From Candidatus Methanosuratincola verstraetei (GTDB lineage Archaea; Thermoproteota; Methanomethylicia; Methanomethylicales; Methanomethylicaceae): a DNA stretch of 64,000 nucleotides. A model generated the notes under the pieces. It did not search any database. It was not told where the DNA came from and saw nothing but the letters and a program-made list of their open reading frames with translations. Positions 1 through 8,991 of this stretch are shown piece by piece. The stretch covers positions 512,001-576,000 of the forward strand of contig CP186953.1 of NCBI GenBank assembly GCA_049570475.1, given 5' to 3'. Position numbers and translations under genes: made by a program. Position 1 is the stretch's first letter; every line of letters starts with the position of its first letter.

Positions 1-1
1 A

Positions 2-520
2 TTCATCAACGGGTACCGGAAGCAGATGGTTGACGGGCTTCAAAAATGTCTGTGCGAATTGGGGGATGCAGAGATTGAATTGCGTCGATTGTCCCAGAGG
101 TTCAAGGGAGCGCTTGTGGAGAGGAAGCGCTTCGGAGTGGCATTACACTACAGGGCTGTGGCTGCAGATCAAACATGGCATCTTCTCAAATTGTTCGAAG
201 AGATCGCTTCTAGGCACCCTTGCCTCAAATGGGCAAAGGGTAAAAGGGTGGCCGAATTATTGGGTGCAGGCGCCAATAAAGGGGCTGCGATATCCGAGAT
301 CATGATCCACGAAGGGATCACAGAGGAGACTCACCTCCCAATATTCATAGGCGACGACCTGACTGATGAGGACGGGTTCAAGGCCCTGAAGGGGAGGGGG
401 GTCGGTGTGATAGTTTGGGACGATCCCAGGATGACGGAGGCGGAGTACTACCTCAGCGGCCAGGGAGAGGTCTTTGAATTCCTGGAGAAATTGGTGGATT
501 CGGTTCAAGGCTATGATTAA
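2..520 (+). CDS. otsB: Trehalose-6-phosphate phosphatase (HAD IIB), 5'-truncated by the window edge
   Basis: Frame is open to the window start; motifs ERK..VALHYR, GK.V.E, NKG.A, FIGDDLTDEDGF. Confidence 0.85.
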   Translation, partial: FINGYRKQMVDGLQKCLCELGDAEIELRRLSQRFKGALVERKRFGVALHYRAVAADQTWHLLKLFEEIASRHPCLKWAKGKRVAELLGAGANKGAAISEIMIHEGITEETHLPIFIGDDLTDEDGFKALKGRGVGVIVWDDPRMTEAEYYLSGQGEVFEFLEKLVDSVQGYD

Positions 521-536
521 AAGGGAAAAAGGGGGC

Positions 537-1769
537 TTACCTGTGCATGAAGCCCTGGTACCCATTGCTGAAGCCTGAAGGCCTGGCGCTGAAGTCCCTG
601 TTCTCCCTTCTGGGGCCCCGCGGATGGTACCTCTCGCGCCTTTCATTGGTCTTGCCAGCCGAGCTCATGAACGGCAGGCGCTCAAGTTCTCCGTACTCGA
701 TCTCCTGGACGTTGAAGTCATAGAGGTTGACTATCCTCCTGAAGAATCCATAGTCATCGACTGTAAGGAGGGATATCGCCTTCCCACGCTCCCCTGCCCG
801 AGCCGTCCTGCCTATCCTGTTCACATAGTCCTCCGAGTTCTTGGGTATGCTGTAGTTGAAAACGTGGGAGACGCTCTTGAAGTCCAGGCCCCTGGCAGCC
901 ACATCGGTCGCGACCAGCACGTTGATCCTCCCCCTGTGGAAGGAGTCGATTACGCTCTCCCTTCTAGACTGGGACAGACCGCCGTGAATGGCGACTGCGG
1001 CAATCCCGACCTTGTTCAAGTTCTTTGCTAAGGACTCGACCTCCCGCCTCGAATTGCAGAACACTATCGCCGTCTTCGGCGCCTCATCCTTGAAAAGTCG
1101 GACCAACAAGGAGAACCGCATCTTCCTCTCAACGTTGCAGTAGTACTGCTCGAGCAGATCCTCCTTGACCTTAATCTCGGTCCTGATCTTTTTCGGATCC
1201 TTCGTGAATCTGGAGATCACCTCTTCGAGCCCTTCGGGCATCGTTGCGGCGAACAGGAGTGTCTGCTTCTCTTCAGGCAGGTGCTCGGCGATCTCCGCCA
1301 CATCGTCTATGAAACCCATATCAACCATCTTATCGGCCTCGTCGAGGACAAATGTGTGGATGTTTTCAGTCCGCAGGTGACCCTGACCCATAAGGTCAAG
1401 TACCCTACCTGGTGTCCCCACGATTATTTCGGATCGCCTCAGCCCTGAGATCTGCGGTCCCATCGCAGCGCCCCCGTAGACGCATACTACGCGCAATCCC
1501 TTGGCAGCGGAGTACTTGGCGAGGGACTCACTGATCTGTAAGGCGAGCTCCCTAGTCGGCAGCAGTATGAGCGCCTGACCTGGCTTCCCTTTGGTCACTT
1601 TTTCCACAAGCGGTATACCAAAGGCAGCCGTCTTGCCAGAACCGGTCTCGGACTGCCCGATTACGTCATGCCCGCACTTTATGAGGGGTATCGCCTCAGA
1701 CTGGATCCGAGTCGGCTCTTTCAGGCCCATTGCCCCTATTGACATCAATATCTCGTCTTGAATTCCCAT
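537..1769 (-). CDS. DEAD-box RNA helicase (true start may be GTT at 1787)
   Basis: PTRIQ Q-motif, TGSGKT, PTRELA, TPGR, DEAD, ARGLD, RIGRTAR. Confidence 0.95.
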   Translation of the reverse strand: MGIQDEILMSIGAMGLKEPTRIQSEAIPLIKCGHDVIGQSETGSGKTAAFGIPLVEKVTKGKPGQALILLPTRELALQISESLAKYSAAKGLRVVCVYGGAAMGPQISGLRRSEIIVGTPGRVLDLMGQGHLRTENIHTFVLDEADKMVDMGFIDDVAEIAEHLPEEKQTLLFAATMPEGLEEVISRFTKDPKKIRTEIKVKEDLLEQYYCNVERKMRFSLLVRLFKDEAPKTAIVFCNSRREVESLAKNLNKVGIAAVAIHGGLSQSRRESVIDSFHRGRINVLVATDVAARGLDFKSVSHVFNYSIPKNSEDYVNRIGRTARAGERGKAISLLTVDDYGFFRRIVNLYDFNVQEIEYGELERLPFMSSAGKTNERRERYHPRGPRRENRDFSARPSGFSNGYQGFMHR

Positions 1770-1928
1770 TTCTTCGAATTTCGTAACACATCAACTCTTT
1801 TACTGTTCCGGAGCTACAAAGACGATAGAATTAGCATGAAGCTAACGCTATTTTTCAAGGCCTTCGTACTTCAGACCTGATTGAGTCATCAGCGAATAAT
1901 ATAAACCTTTTTACCTGAAACAGAAAGA

Positions 1929-2288
1929 TCAAGAGTCCTGCTCCAAGAGGTAGCGCCTCACAGCGCCGCAGTTGAGGCATGTCACCGAGACGTGGGGCGA
2001 CCTGCTTGCATGAACCCTCACCCTGGAGGTTATGCCAGGGTAGAGGTAGGCGTTGCACTTCCTGCATACGCTCCGCTTCAGATCTCGAGGTATCCGGACC
2101 CTGGTGCGCATTGATATCTTGAGGGCAAGCTCAACATACCTGTTAGCCAAGCCAGCGTCGGATTTGACAGCCTGGTTTGCTAGTGAGAAGAGGCGCTCTA
2201 TCCTCTGCCTTGCGAGATCTCGGACGTGCCCCCTGTTGAGTTTCAGCGAGAAAGCCCCCCAGCCGGTAAAAGAAAAATGCTTGCACAT
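1929..2288 (-). CDS. rpp21: RNase P protein component 4 (Rpp21); start may be CTG at 2246
   Basis: ARQRIERLF, RYVELA, and Zn ribbon CRKC...CLNCG..RR. Confidence 0.9.
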   Translation of the reverse strand: MCKHFSFTGWGAFSLKLNRGHVRDLARQRIERLFSLANQAVKSDAGLANRYVELALKISMRTRVRIPRDLKRSVCRKCNAYLYPGITSRVRVHASRSPHVSVTCLNCGAVRRYLLEQDS

Positions 2289-2339
2289 CTTTATTAGTAT
2301 GATGATTCGACTCTCTCAACGGGCTTGGAGGATCCAACT

Positions 2340-3011
2340 TTGATCACAGTGATTATTGGTGAGGCTGCGCTGGAGACTGTGCCTAGGGAGATAGCCAACC
2401 ACCCATCAGTCACAAGGCTCGCTGAGAGGAAGGGGAAGAAACCAGAGGAGACTCTGCTGGACATCTCGTTCCACTATGCGGCGATGAAGGGGCTCAGGGA
2501 CTGGGAGAGGAGAGGGAGGCCAGACATAACATTCTTGACGCTCCTTGACCTGCTGGAAAGACCTCTCAACAAGGAAGGCCAGCTCCAGGTCTATGTCCAC
2601 ACAATAAACAATTTCGTGATCTGGGTAGATCCAGAGATAAACATGCCCAGGAACTACACAAGGTTTGTTGGCTTAATGGAACAGCTCTTTTCGATAGGGA
2701 GAGTCCCACCCAAGGGAAAGCCTCTCATGGTGCTGAAGAAGGGGAATATCAGGGACGTGATTAATGGGGTAGAACACAGCAAAGTGGTGTTCCTCACGGA
2801 AAGAGGAAGAAAAGTCAAGCTCGAGACGTACTTCTCTGAACTTGTGAGGCAAGAAAAACCAATCCTAGTGATAGGGGGATTCCAGAGGGGGGAGTTCACG
2901 GATCTCTCTCTTGCGGACGAGCAGATCTCGGTATACAAGAAGCCTTTGGATGCATGGATAGTGGGGTCAATGGTATCGCATGAGTTGGAGAGGGCCCTAG
3001 GGATCATCTGA
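2340..3011 (+). CDS. nep1: 16S rRNA pseudouridine N1-methyltransferase Nep1/Emg1
   Basis: EAALETVP, RGRPDI, PRNYTRFVGLMEQL, IGGFQRG; TTG start after GGAGG. Confidence 0.93.
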   Translation: MITVIIGEAALETVPREIANHPSVTRLAERKGKKPEETLLDISFHYAAMKGLRDWERRGRPDITFLTLLDLLERPLNKEGQLQVYVHTINNFVIWVDPEINMPRNYTRFVGLMEQLFSIGRVPPKGKPLMVLKKGNIRDVINGVEHSKVVFLTERGRKVKLETYFSELVRQEKPILVIGGFQRGEFTDLSLADEQISVYKKPLDAWIVGSMVSHELERALGII

Positions 3012-3018
3012 GGCCCGC

Positions 3019-3150
3019 TCACAGGCCGGGGAAGAGCCATTTTATGAAGAGCAGCAAGGCGACTATGAATATCAAAGAGGCTCCAAAGATGGCCAGCGCC
3101 ATTATTAGGCACTTCAATGCCAGCTTGAGATCCCCTTCAGCCGCCTGCAT
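3019..3150 (-). CDS. Putative 43-aa single-pass membrane protein
   Basis: Manual translation MQAAEGDLKLALKCLIMALAIFGASLIFIVALLLFIKWLFPGL*; one long hydrophobic run; convergent with nep1 without overlap. Confidence 0.55.
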   Translation of the reverse strand: MQAAEGDLKLALKCLIMALAIFGASLIFIVALLLFIKWLFPGL

Positions 3151-3336
3151 ATTAAAGGAGCCACCCCTACCCTTTGGGAATTTCTGTCATCGCGCCCCTC
3201 CTCGGCGCTTGCAATCCTGGTTTAGAACATCATCACTCAAAACTCAGCTTACCAGGACATGTTAAAATCCTCATCGAATTATTTAAACATGATTTTGTGG
3301 TACAAGCAGATCGGATGCAAAGCATTTACTGATAAG

Positions 3337-3412
3337 TGCGGCCGCCGGGATTTGAACCCGGGATCCGAAGCTTGGGAAGCTTCTATCCTAGACCGGACTA
3401 GACCACGGCCGC
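3337..3412 (-). tRNA. tRNA-Gly(CCC), no intron
   Basis: GCGGCCG acceptor stem, anticodon arm GAAGC-TTCCCAA-GCTTC, GGTTCAAATCC T-loop. Confidence 0.96.
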
Positions 3413-3435
3413 TCTGCTCTCACCTTTTAACTTGA

Positions 3436-3452
3436 CCTAATTTAAAAAATCT
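3436..3452 (-). promoter_or_regulatory. TATA-box promoter of tRNA-Gly
   Basis: TTTTTTAAA about 30 nt upstream of the tRNA 5' end. Confidence 0.55.
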
Positions 3453-3498
3453 TCGTTCGATCCTGGAACAAAAAATGAAAAGGGGGAGGGATTCCGCC

Positions 3499-5706
3499 TC
3501 ACATCGACATGAATTCCTGCGGTGTTGGCGGGTTCGGCGAGAGGCCCTTCCTCTCCCGGATCTTCTTGATAGTGTCAGCAAGCATGCTCGACGGGACTGG
3601 CGACCACCTGGCGAATTCTGTGCCCCAGAATGCCTTGCCTGCGGTCGCGCTCCTGAGCTGATCGGAGAGGTCGAATGTCTCTGAGACGGGGATCTCCGAA
3701 ACCAGGTGCATCACCTGACCTACCTGATCCATGCTGATGATCTTGCCGCGCTTCCCGGCGATTATCCTGGTGACCCCTCCCAAGAAGTCCTGGGGAACCT
3801 TCATGTCGAGCTTGATGATTGGCTCGAGGAGTATTGGGTTGCACGAGAGGAAGCCGCAGAACATTGCGTCCCGAATCGCGGGCATTATCTGACCAGGTCC
3901 CCTGTGTGCCGGGTCCTCGTGGACATTTGCGTCGACGAGCAGCACCTTGAGGCCTCTGATCGGCTCCCTCGCAAGCGGACCTTCCGAGACGTTGAGTCGG
4001 AAAGCCTGGATTATAGTGTCCTTGATCTCGCGTATGTACTGCAGACCCTTGGTGGCATCGACCAAGACGTTGACGTAGCTGTCGATTGCCCATATGCCCT
4101 TCGCCTCTTCGTTGTCCCAGCCTGCCTTCTCCCGCAGGATCCTGACCCGCTCCTTCGAGTCCATGTCCTCGTATATGACGCCCTGCTGTATCAGATCGAT
4201 CGTCTCCTGGTTGAGCGGCTCAACCTTCAGGTAGAGGCGGTTGTGCTTGTTCGGGGACTTGCCCTCGAACGGGCCTCCTGCCCCGGTGAGGCTCTCTCTG
4301 TACACGACGATCGGCGGGGTGGTGGTAATCTCGATTCCGCCTGTCCTCTGCTTCAGATCCCACAGCGCGATCTCGAGGTGGAGGCTGCCCATGCCAGCGA
4401 TGAGGTACTCGCCGGTCTCCTGGTTGATCTTGACTGACAGAGTTGGGTCCTCGATCGCCATCTTGTGGAGCGCGTCGATCAGCTTCGGGAGGTCCCTGCT
4501 GTACTTCGGCTCGATCGCCACTGTGACGACCGGGTCGCTTATGTACTTCATCTTCTCGAACGGGAACATTGCGTCCTTGTCAGCGGGCCTCACGAGGGTC
4601 TCGCCCGCACGCGCATTGTCAAGACCTAGGAGCGCCACAATGTTGCCTGAGGCCATCTCTGGGCAGATCTCGCGGTATGGGCCCATGTAGAGGCTGACCT
4701 GCTGTACCCTGCCTTCGCTCTTGGACATAAGTCCGTAGAGCTGCTCACCCTCGTGTATCGTTCCTGAGAATATCCTCCCGGTGACGACCGGCCCTGCATG
4801 AGGATCAACGATGACCTTGTTAACGCAGATCACAAGAGGGCCGTTCTCGTCGCAGTTGAGCATTGCCTTCCCGATGGGCGAGTTTATGTCTCCCCTCCAG
4901 ATCTTGGGGATCCTGTACTTCTGCGCCTCGACTGGGTTGGGGATGTGATCGACAGCCATGTCCAAGATTGCAATGTGAAGCGGGAACTCCTTCTGCAGGC
5001 GCTCTATGTCGCCTTTATTGTAGGCATCGATTACGTCTGAGAACTTCATACCTTTTGCCTTTATTATCGGGAGCGTGAAACCCCACTTGTGCAGGGCCGA
5101 TCCGAATGCCACCTGACCCTTGTCGGGGTTCACCTTCCACTTGTCCTTGAACTCCGGATCCGCGTATGTCTCGAGAAGGGCGTTGAAGTCGCGTATGATC
5201 TTGAGTAGCCGCTCCAATATCTCCTGGGGGCTCAGCCTGAGCTCTTTTATCAGCCGATCCACCTTGTTCACGTAGAGCAGCGGCCTGACCTTCTCGTCCA
5301 TTGCCTGCCTCAGGACGGTTTCAGTCTGGGTCATCACGCCCTCGACGCTGTCGACGACGACTATTCCACCGTCCATCACCCTGAGGGATCGGGTTACATG
5401 CCCCGTGAAGTCAACGTGCCCCGGGGTGTCAATCAAGTTGATGACGTAGCTCTGGTCATTCTTCTCGTGCAGAAGGCTGACGTTCGCAGCCTTGACGGTC
5501 ATCTGCCTCAGCTGCTCGATCTCCACGTAATCGAGCGCAAGTGCCTGCGCAGCGATCTTTTGGGAAATGAGGCCCGCGCCTGCCAGCAGGCTGTCCGAGA
5601 GGGTCGTCTTCCCATGGTCCACGTGCGCAAGGGTACCGATGTTCCTGACATTGAGCTTGTTGCTCATGAGTTTTATGATTTCTTCAGTCTGTTTATACTT
5701 CGGCAA
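3499..5706 (-). CDS. fusA: Elongation factor aEF-2
   Basis: [21 protein letters not shown], diphthamide loop HEDPAHRGPGQ; TTG start (MPKYK) after GAGG. Confidence 0.98.
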   Translation of the reverse strand: MPKYKQTEEIIKLMSNKLNVRNIGTLAHVDHGKTTLSDSLLAGAGLISQKIAAQALALDYVEIEQLRQMTVKAANVSLLHEKNDQSYVINLIDTPGHVDFTGHVTRSLRVMDGGIVVVDSVEGVMTQTETVLRQAMDEKVRPLLYVNKVDRLIKELRLSPQEILERLLKIIRDFNALLETYADPEFKDKWKVNPDKGQVAFGSALHKWGFTLPIIKAKGMKFSDVIDAYNKGDIERLQKEFPLHIAILDMAVDHIPNPVEAQKYRIPKIWRGDINSPIGKAMLNCDENGPLVICVNKVIVDPHAGPVVTGRIFSGTIHEGEQLYGLMSKSEGRVQQVSLYMGPYREICPEMASGNIVALLGLDNARAGETLVRPADKDAMFPFEKMKYISDPVVTVAIEPKYSRDLPKLIDALHKMAIEDPTLSVKINQETGEYLIAGMGSLHLEIALWDLKQRTGGIEITTTPPIVVYRESLTGAGGPFEGKSPNKHNRLYLKVEPLNQETIDLIQQGVIYEDMDSKERVRILREKAGWDNEEAKGIWAIDSYVNVLVDATKGLQYIREIKDTIIQAFRLNVSEGPLAREPIRGLKVLLVDANVHEDPAHRGPGQIMPAIRDAMFCGFLSCNPILLEPIIKLDMKVPQDFLGGVTRIIAGKRGKIISMDQVGQVMHLVSEIPVSETFDLSDQLRSATAGKAFWGTEFARWSPVPSSMLADTIKKIRERKGLSPNPPTPQEFMSM

Positions 5707-5832
5707 TTTACACGCCTCGCTACAAAAGGCGAAACGCAAGCTGGTTTTTAAAAGTTTCTTAATTGAGCCCCGGATCAGGAGAAAAAGGCTTACGAACAGG
5801 CATCCGCAAGCCTTGCAGGCAAAATAGGCGCG

Positions 5833-6444
5833 TCACTCGATCGTGGCGTGCCGCTTCTTGAGATCGGTCTCAGTGGAACCCAGCCGCTGCATGAGTTCGG
5901 CTACAAGGCTGTCCAAGAATATGTTCAGGGTCGCTTCAAATAGCGTGCCCAGGGGCGCGAGGGGCTCGTGCGAACCGAGTATCTGCCGGATCACATAGTC
6001 GTCCTCCTTTGCCAGCTTTGTCCTGCCAGGGATTATTATGTACTGATCGGAGAGCTTTGCCAATGTAGAGTCCCTGTGGGAGGTTATCGCGAGTATCTTC
6101 GCCCCGATCTCCTTTCCAGCCGTCGCGGAGGTCACAACCATCCTAGTTGTGCCTGACCCTGAGATCGATATTATCAGATCCCCTTGTCCAAGGGCGGGCG
6201 TTATGGTCTCTCCGAAGACATAGACATTAAAGCCCAAGTGCATCAGCCGCATAGCAAATGCCTTCCCAGCAAGGCCCGACCTGCCCGCACCTATCACCAT
6301 TATCTTCTTGCCGTCCCTTTTGGCATCAATGAGCAATGAAATTGCATTCTCCACCTCAACGTCATCAATGACCTTCGAGGCATAAAGGACGTAGTTTGCC
6401 ATCTCCCGCATGAAGCACTTGACCAGACATTCTTTTGATGACAT
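5833..6444 (-). CDS. hxlB: 6-phospho-3-hexuloisomerase (SIS domain)
   Basis: GAGRSG..AMRLMHLG, ISGSGTT, APLGTLFE, C-terminal RHATIE. Confidence 0.92.
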   Translation of the reverse strand: MSSKECLVKCFMREMANYVLYASKVIDDVEVENAISLLIDAKRDGKKIMVIGAGRSGLAGKAFAMRLMHLGFNVYVFGETITPALGQGDLIISISGSGTTRMVVTSATAGKEIGAKILAITSHRDSTLAKLSDQYIIIPGRTKLAKEDDYVIRQILGSHEPLAPLGTLFEATLNIFLDSLVAELMQRLGSTETDLKKRHATIE

Positions 6445-6538
6445 ACATCTCAGAGAAGGAGTAGAATTTTTCGGCAATTTAACTCTGTCGGCAGACAAAC
6501 CCGACCGCCAGAAAGGCAGACATCAAATGCTTTCCGAA

Positions 6539-7288
6539 TCACAGCAGCACATTCAGAACGAAGAGCGCAAGGGCAGATCCAGTGGCAGCCAGTACGAATA
6601 GGAGATCATTGCGGCCCATCCTCAGGAGGTGAAGCGAAGTCCTCTTTTTGCTCGCCCCGAATGCACGAGACTCCATTGCGTCTGCCACCAGCTCAGCCCT
6701 TCGGAATGAGCTGATTATGAGCGGTATGAGGATAGGGATATAGTTCCTGATCCTCGAGACAAAATTCCCCTTCTCCATCTCGAGCCCCCTCGATCGCTGC
6801 GCATCCATTATGTACTGAGCCTCCCTGCTGAGGGTTGGCACGAACCGCATGGCCATATTGAACGTCAGGGCATAGTCGTATGGGATTTTCAGCTGGACCA
6901 TGGATTGGGTCAGGTCTTCAGGCGAAGTCGTCAGGAAGAATATCGAGAAGACGGAGATGAGGTTAAGGAAACGGAGGGACATGGCGATTGCCGAGACTGC
7001 GGCATCGAGGAGGTTGCCCGAGTAGTAGGCGGTTGGGACAAAGTTGAAGATGAATATGAATGCGATGAAGAATAGCGACCCCCTGAGGGACTGCTTCCAT
7101 CTGGTCGATATCTTGCCAACATATACCATTGGCAAGAAGGAGAGGAATATGATGAAGAGTGCCAGGGGCTTTGTGAAATACACAGTGAGCGAGGCAAAGA
7201 GTATCAGGTAGACGAGCTTGGATCGGGGATCAATCCTGTGGAGGATTGTCGATCCCCTCCTGTACTCGAATGCCTTGAAGACTTTCAT
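6539..7288 (-). CDS. ecfT: ECF transporter transmembrane component T
   Basis: LHRIDPRSK, RFVP, AQRSRG, AMESRAF; TM helices. Confidence 0.92.
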   Translation of the reverse strand: MKVFKAFEYRRGSTILHRIDPRSKLVYLILFASLTVYFTKPLALFIIFLSFLPMVYVGKISTRWKQSLRGSLFFIAFIFIFNFVPTAYYSGNLLDAAVSAIAMSLRFLNLISVFSIFFLTTSPEDLTQSMVQLKIPYDYALTFNMAMRFVPTLSREAQYIMDAQRSRGLEMEKGNFVSRIRNYIPILIPLIISSFRRAELVADAMESRAFGASKKRTSLHLLRMGRNDLLFVLAATGSALALFVLNVLL

Positions 7289-8100
7289 TTTTGCCCGCCT
7301 CGCAGCATCTGCTTGATCTCTTCGATGATTATCTCGGCTTTTATCGAGGGTGATTCCAGCCCCAACTTCCAAGAGAGCTCTGCGAGCTGCGGCGGCAGTA
7401 TCGAGGATGCCTCCATGACGTCTTTCCTGACCAGGATCTCCTCGGTCGGGCCATCTGCGATGATCTTCCCCCTAGACATCACCACCACCCTCGGTATGAA
7501 GTCCGCGACGAATTCGATATCATGCGTCACCACCACCACAGTCTTCCCCTGTCGGTTCAGCTTGGTGAGTGTGGTGGCTAGCCTTGTCTTCTGGAGGCTG
7601 TCCTGCCCCGTTGTTGGCTCATCCAGGACGATTATCTGGGGATCATAGCACAGTACTGATGCCAGCGAAACGCGCTTCTTCTCCCCGCCGCTGAGTGTGA
7701 ACGGGGATCGGTCGCGGTAATTAGAGAGCCTGAATTCAATCAAAGCCCACTCCACCCTCTTGGCAATCTCCTCGGGTGGCAGACCAAAATTGGTCAGCGC
7801 GAAGGAGAGCTCCTTTTCCACCGTCTCTGCGAATAGCATGTGGTCGGGGTTCTGGAATACGAGTCCGACCTTCTTTGCTAGCGTCGCAACGGTGGTCTCC
7901 TTTGTGTCAATCCCCTCCACCATGACTCGCCCGCGCTGGGGCTTGAGGAGGCCGTTCAGGTGCTTCACGAGCGTCGTCTTGCCAGCACCGTTCTCTCCCA
8001 CTATAGCCAGCAGCTCGGAATTCTTGACCTCCAAGTCAATTCCATCTAGCGCATTGATGCCGTCCCCATAGGAGTACGTGACGCCCTCTATGCTGATCAA
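7285..8100 (-). CDS. ecfA2: ECF transporter ATPase
   Basis: GENGAGKT, FQNPD, LSGGEKKR, LDEPT. Confidence 0.92.
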   Translation of the reverse strand: MISIEGVTYSYGDGINALDGIDLEVKNSELLAIVGENGAGKTTLVKHLNGLLKPQRGRVMVEGIDTKETTVATLAKKVGLVFQNPDHMLFAETVEKELSFALTNFGLPPEEIAKRVEWALIEFRLSNYRDRSPFTLSGGEKKRVSLASVLCYDPQIIVLDEPTTGQDSLQKTRLATTLTKLNRQGKTVVVVTHDIEFVADFIPRVVVMSRGKIIADGPTEEILVRKDVMEASSILPPQLAELSWKLGLESPSIKAEIIIEEIKQMLRGGQK

Positions 8101-8942
8101 GGCACTTTCCCCCTCACGTAGGACGCGAGCTCATCGGAGGTTAGAAACCTTAGCGGTTCTCCAATAATGCCTGAAAGGCGCTTGGAAACCTGGACCACCT
8201 TCGGGAGGCCAACCCCAAGCTCGGAGACCATGTCTGAGTAGAGCACCTCCCTGGGTGACCCGTCGGCAACGATGCGCCCGCCTTCGAAGACCACGCACCT
8301 GTCGACCAAGTGGCTGACCATCTCCAGCCTGTGCTCGACGAGTATAACCGTGACCCCGTTTTTTTGGTTCAGCCTGTGCATCAGCTCCAGAACCGATTTC
8401 GCACTCAAAGGATCAAGATTGGCGGTAGGCTCATCAAGGACAAGCACCTTCGGTTTCATGGCTAGGAGCGCTGCGATTGCAACCTTCTGTTGCTCTCCGC
8501 CCGAGAGCTCCTCAGGAGACTTCTCTTTCAAGTGCGATATGCCGACAATCTCGAGGGCCTCTTCTACGCGCATCGCGATCTCTTCTATTGGGAGCGCCAA
8601 GTTCTCAGGGCCGAATGCAACCTCTCGCTCTACAGTGGTGCAAAAAAGCTCGTTCTCGGGGTTCTGGAAGACCAGCCCGACCCGCTGGGCCAGCTCATAG
8701 ACCGGTGTCGAGGAGGTGCTCAACCCGTCGACCACAACCTTCCCTTTGAAGTCGCCCCCATACGAGTTAGGTATAAGACCGTTCAGCGCCCTGCAGAATG
8801 TTGTCTTGCCGCATCCGCTGGGACCGGTGATGAGAACGAATTCGCCTGGCTCTGCTTTGAAGTTGACGTCGATCAGGCTCGGAGTGCCTGAGTCGGGGTA
8901 AGTGTAGCAGAGCCCTTCAACTTCAATGATCGCCAAAACCAT
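8097..8942 (-). CDS. ecfA1: ECF transporter ATPase
   Basis: GPSGCGKT, FQNPE, LSGGEQQK, LDEPT. Confidence 0.92.
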   Translation of the reverse strand: MVLAIIEVEGLCYTYPDSGTPSLIDVNFKAEPGEFVLITGPSGCGKTTFCRALNGLIPNSYGGDFKGKVVVDGLSTSSTPVYELAQRVGLVFQNPENELFCTTVEREVAFGPENLALPIEEIAMRVEEALEIVGISHLKEKSPEELSGGEQQKVAIAALLAMKPKVLVLDEPTANLDPLSAKSVLELMHRLNQKNGVTVILVEHRLEMVSHLVDRCVVFEGGRIVADGSPREVLYSDMVSELGVGLPKVVQVSKRLSGIIGEPLRFLTSDELASYVRGKVP

Positions 8943-8991
8943 CACCGGGAGCACTAAACAGAGAATTTGGATTTCTAATAAATGTAGCTAC

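Noticed and set aside
1868-1892. UGAUGA-11 nt-CUGA upstream of the DEAD-box helicase as a C/D sRNA or hammerhead
   Set aside because: No convincing C'/D pair or hammerhead stems, and it lies too close to the TATA box to be in that transcript
3185-3240. Fluoride riboswitch-like GAUG...UAAAC...GAUGAC
   Set aside because: The P1 and pseudoknot pairings cannot be formed, and no fluoride exporter gene follows
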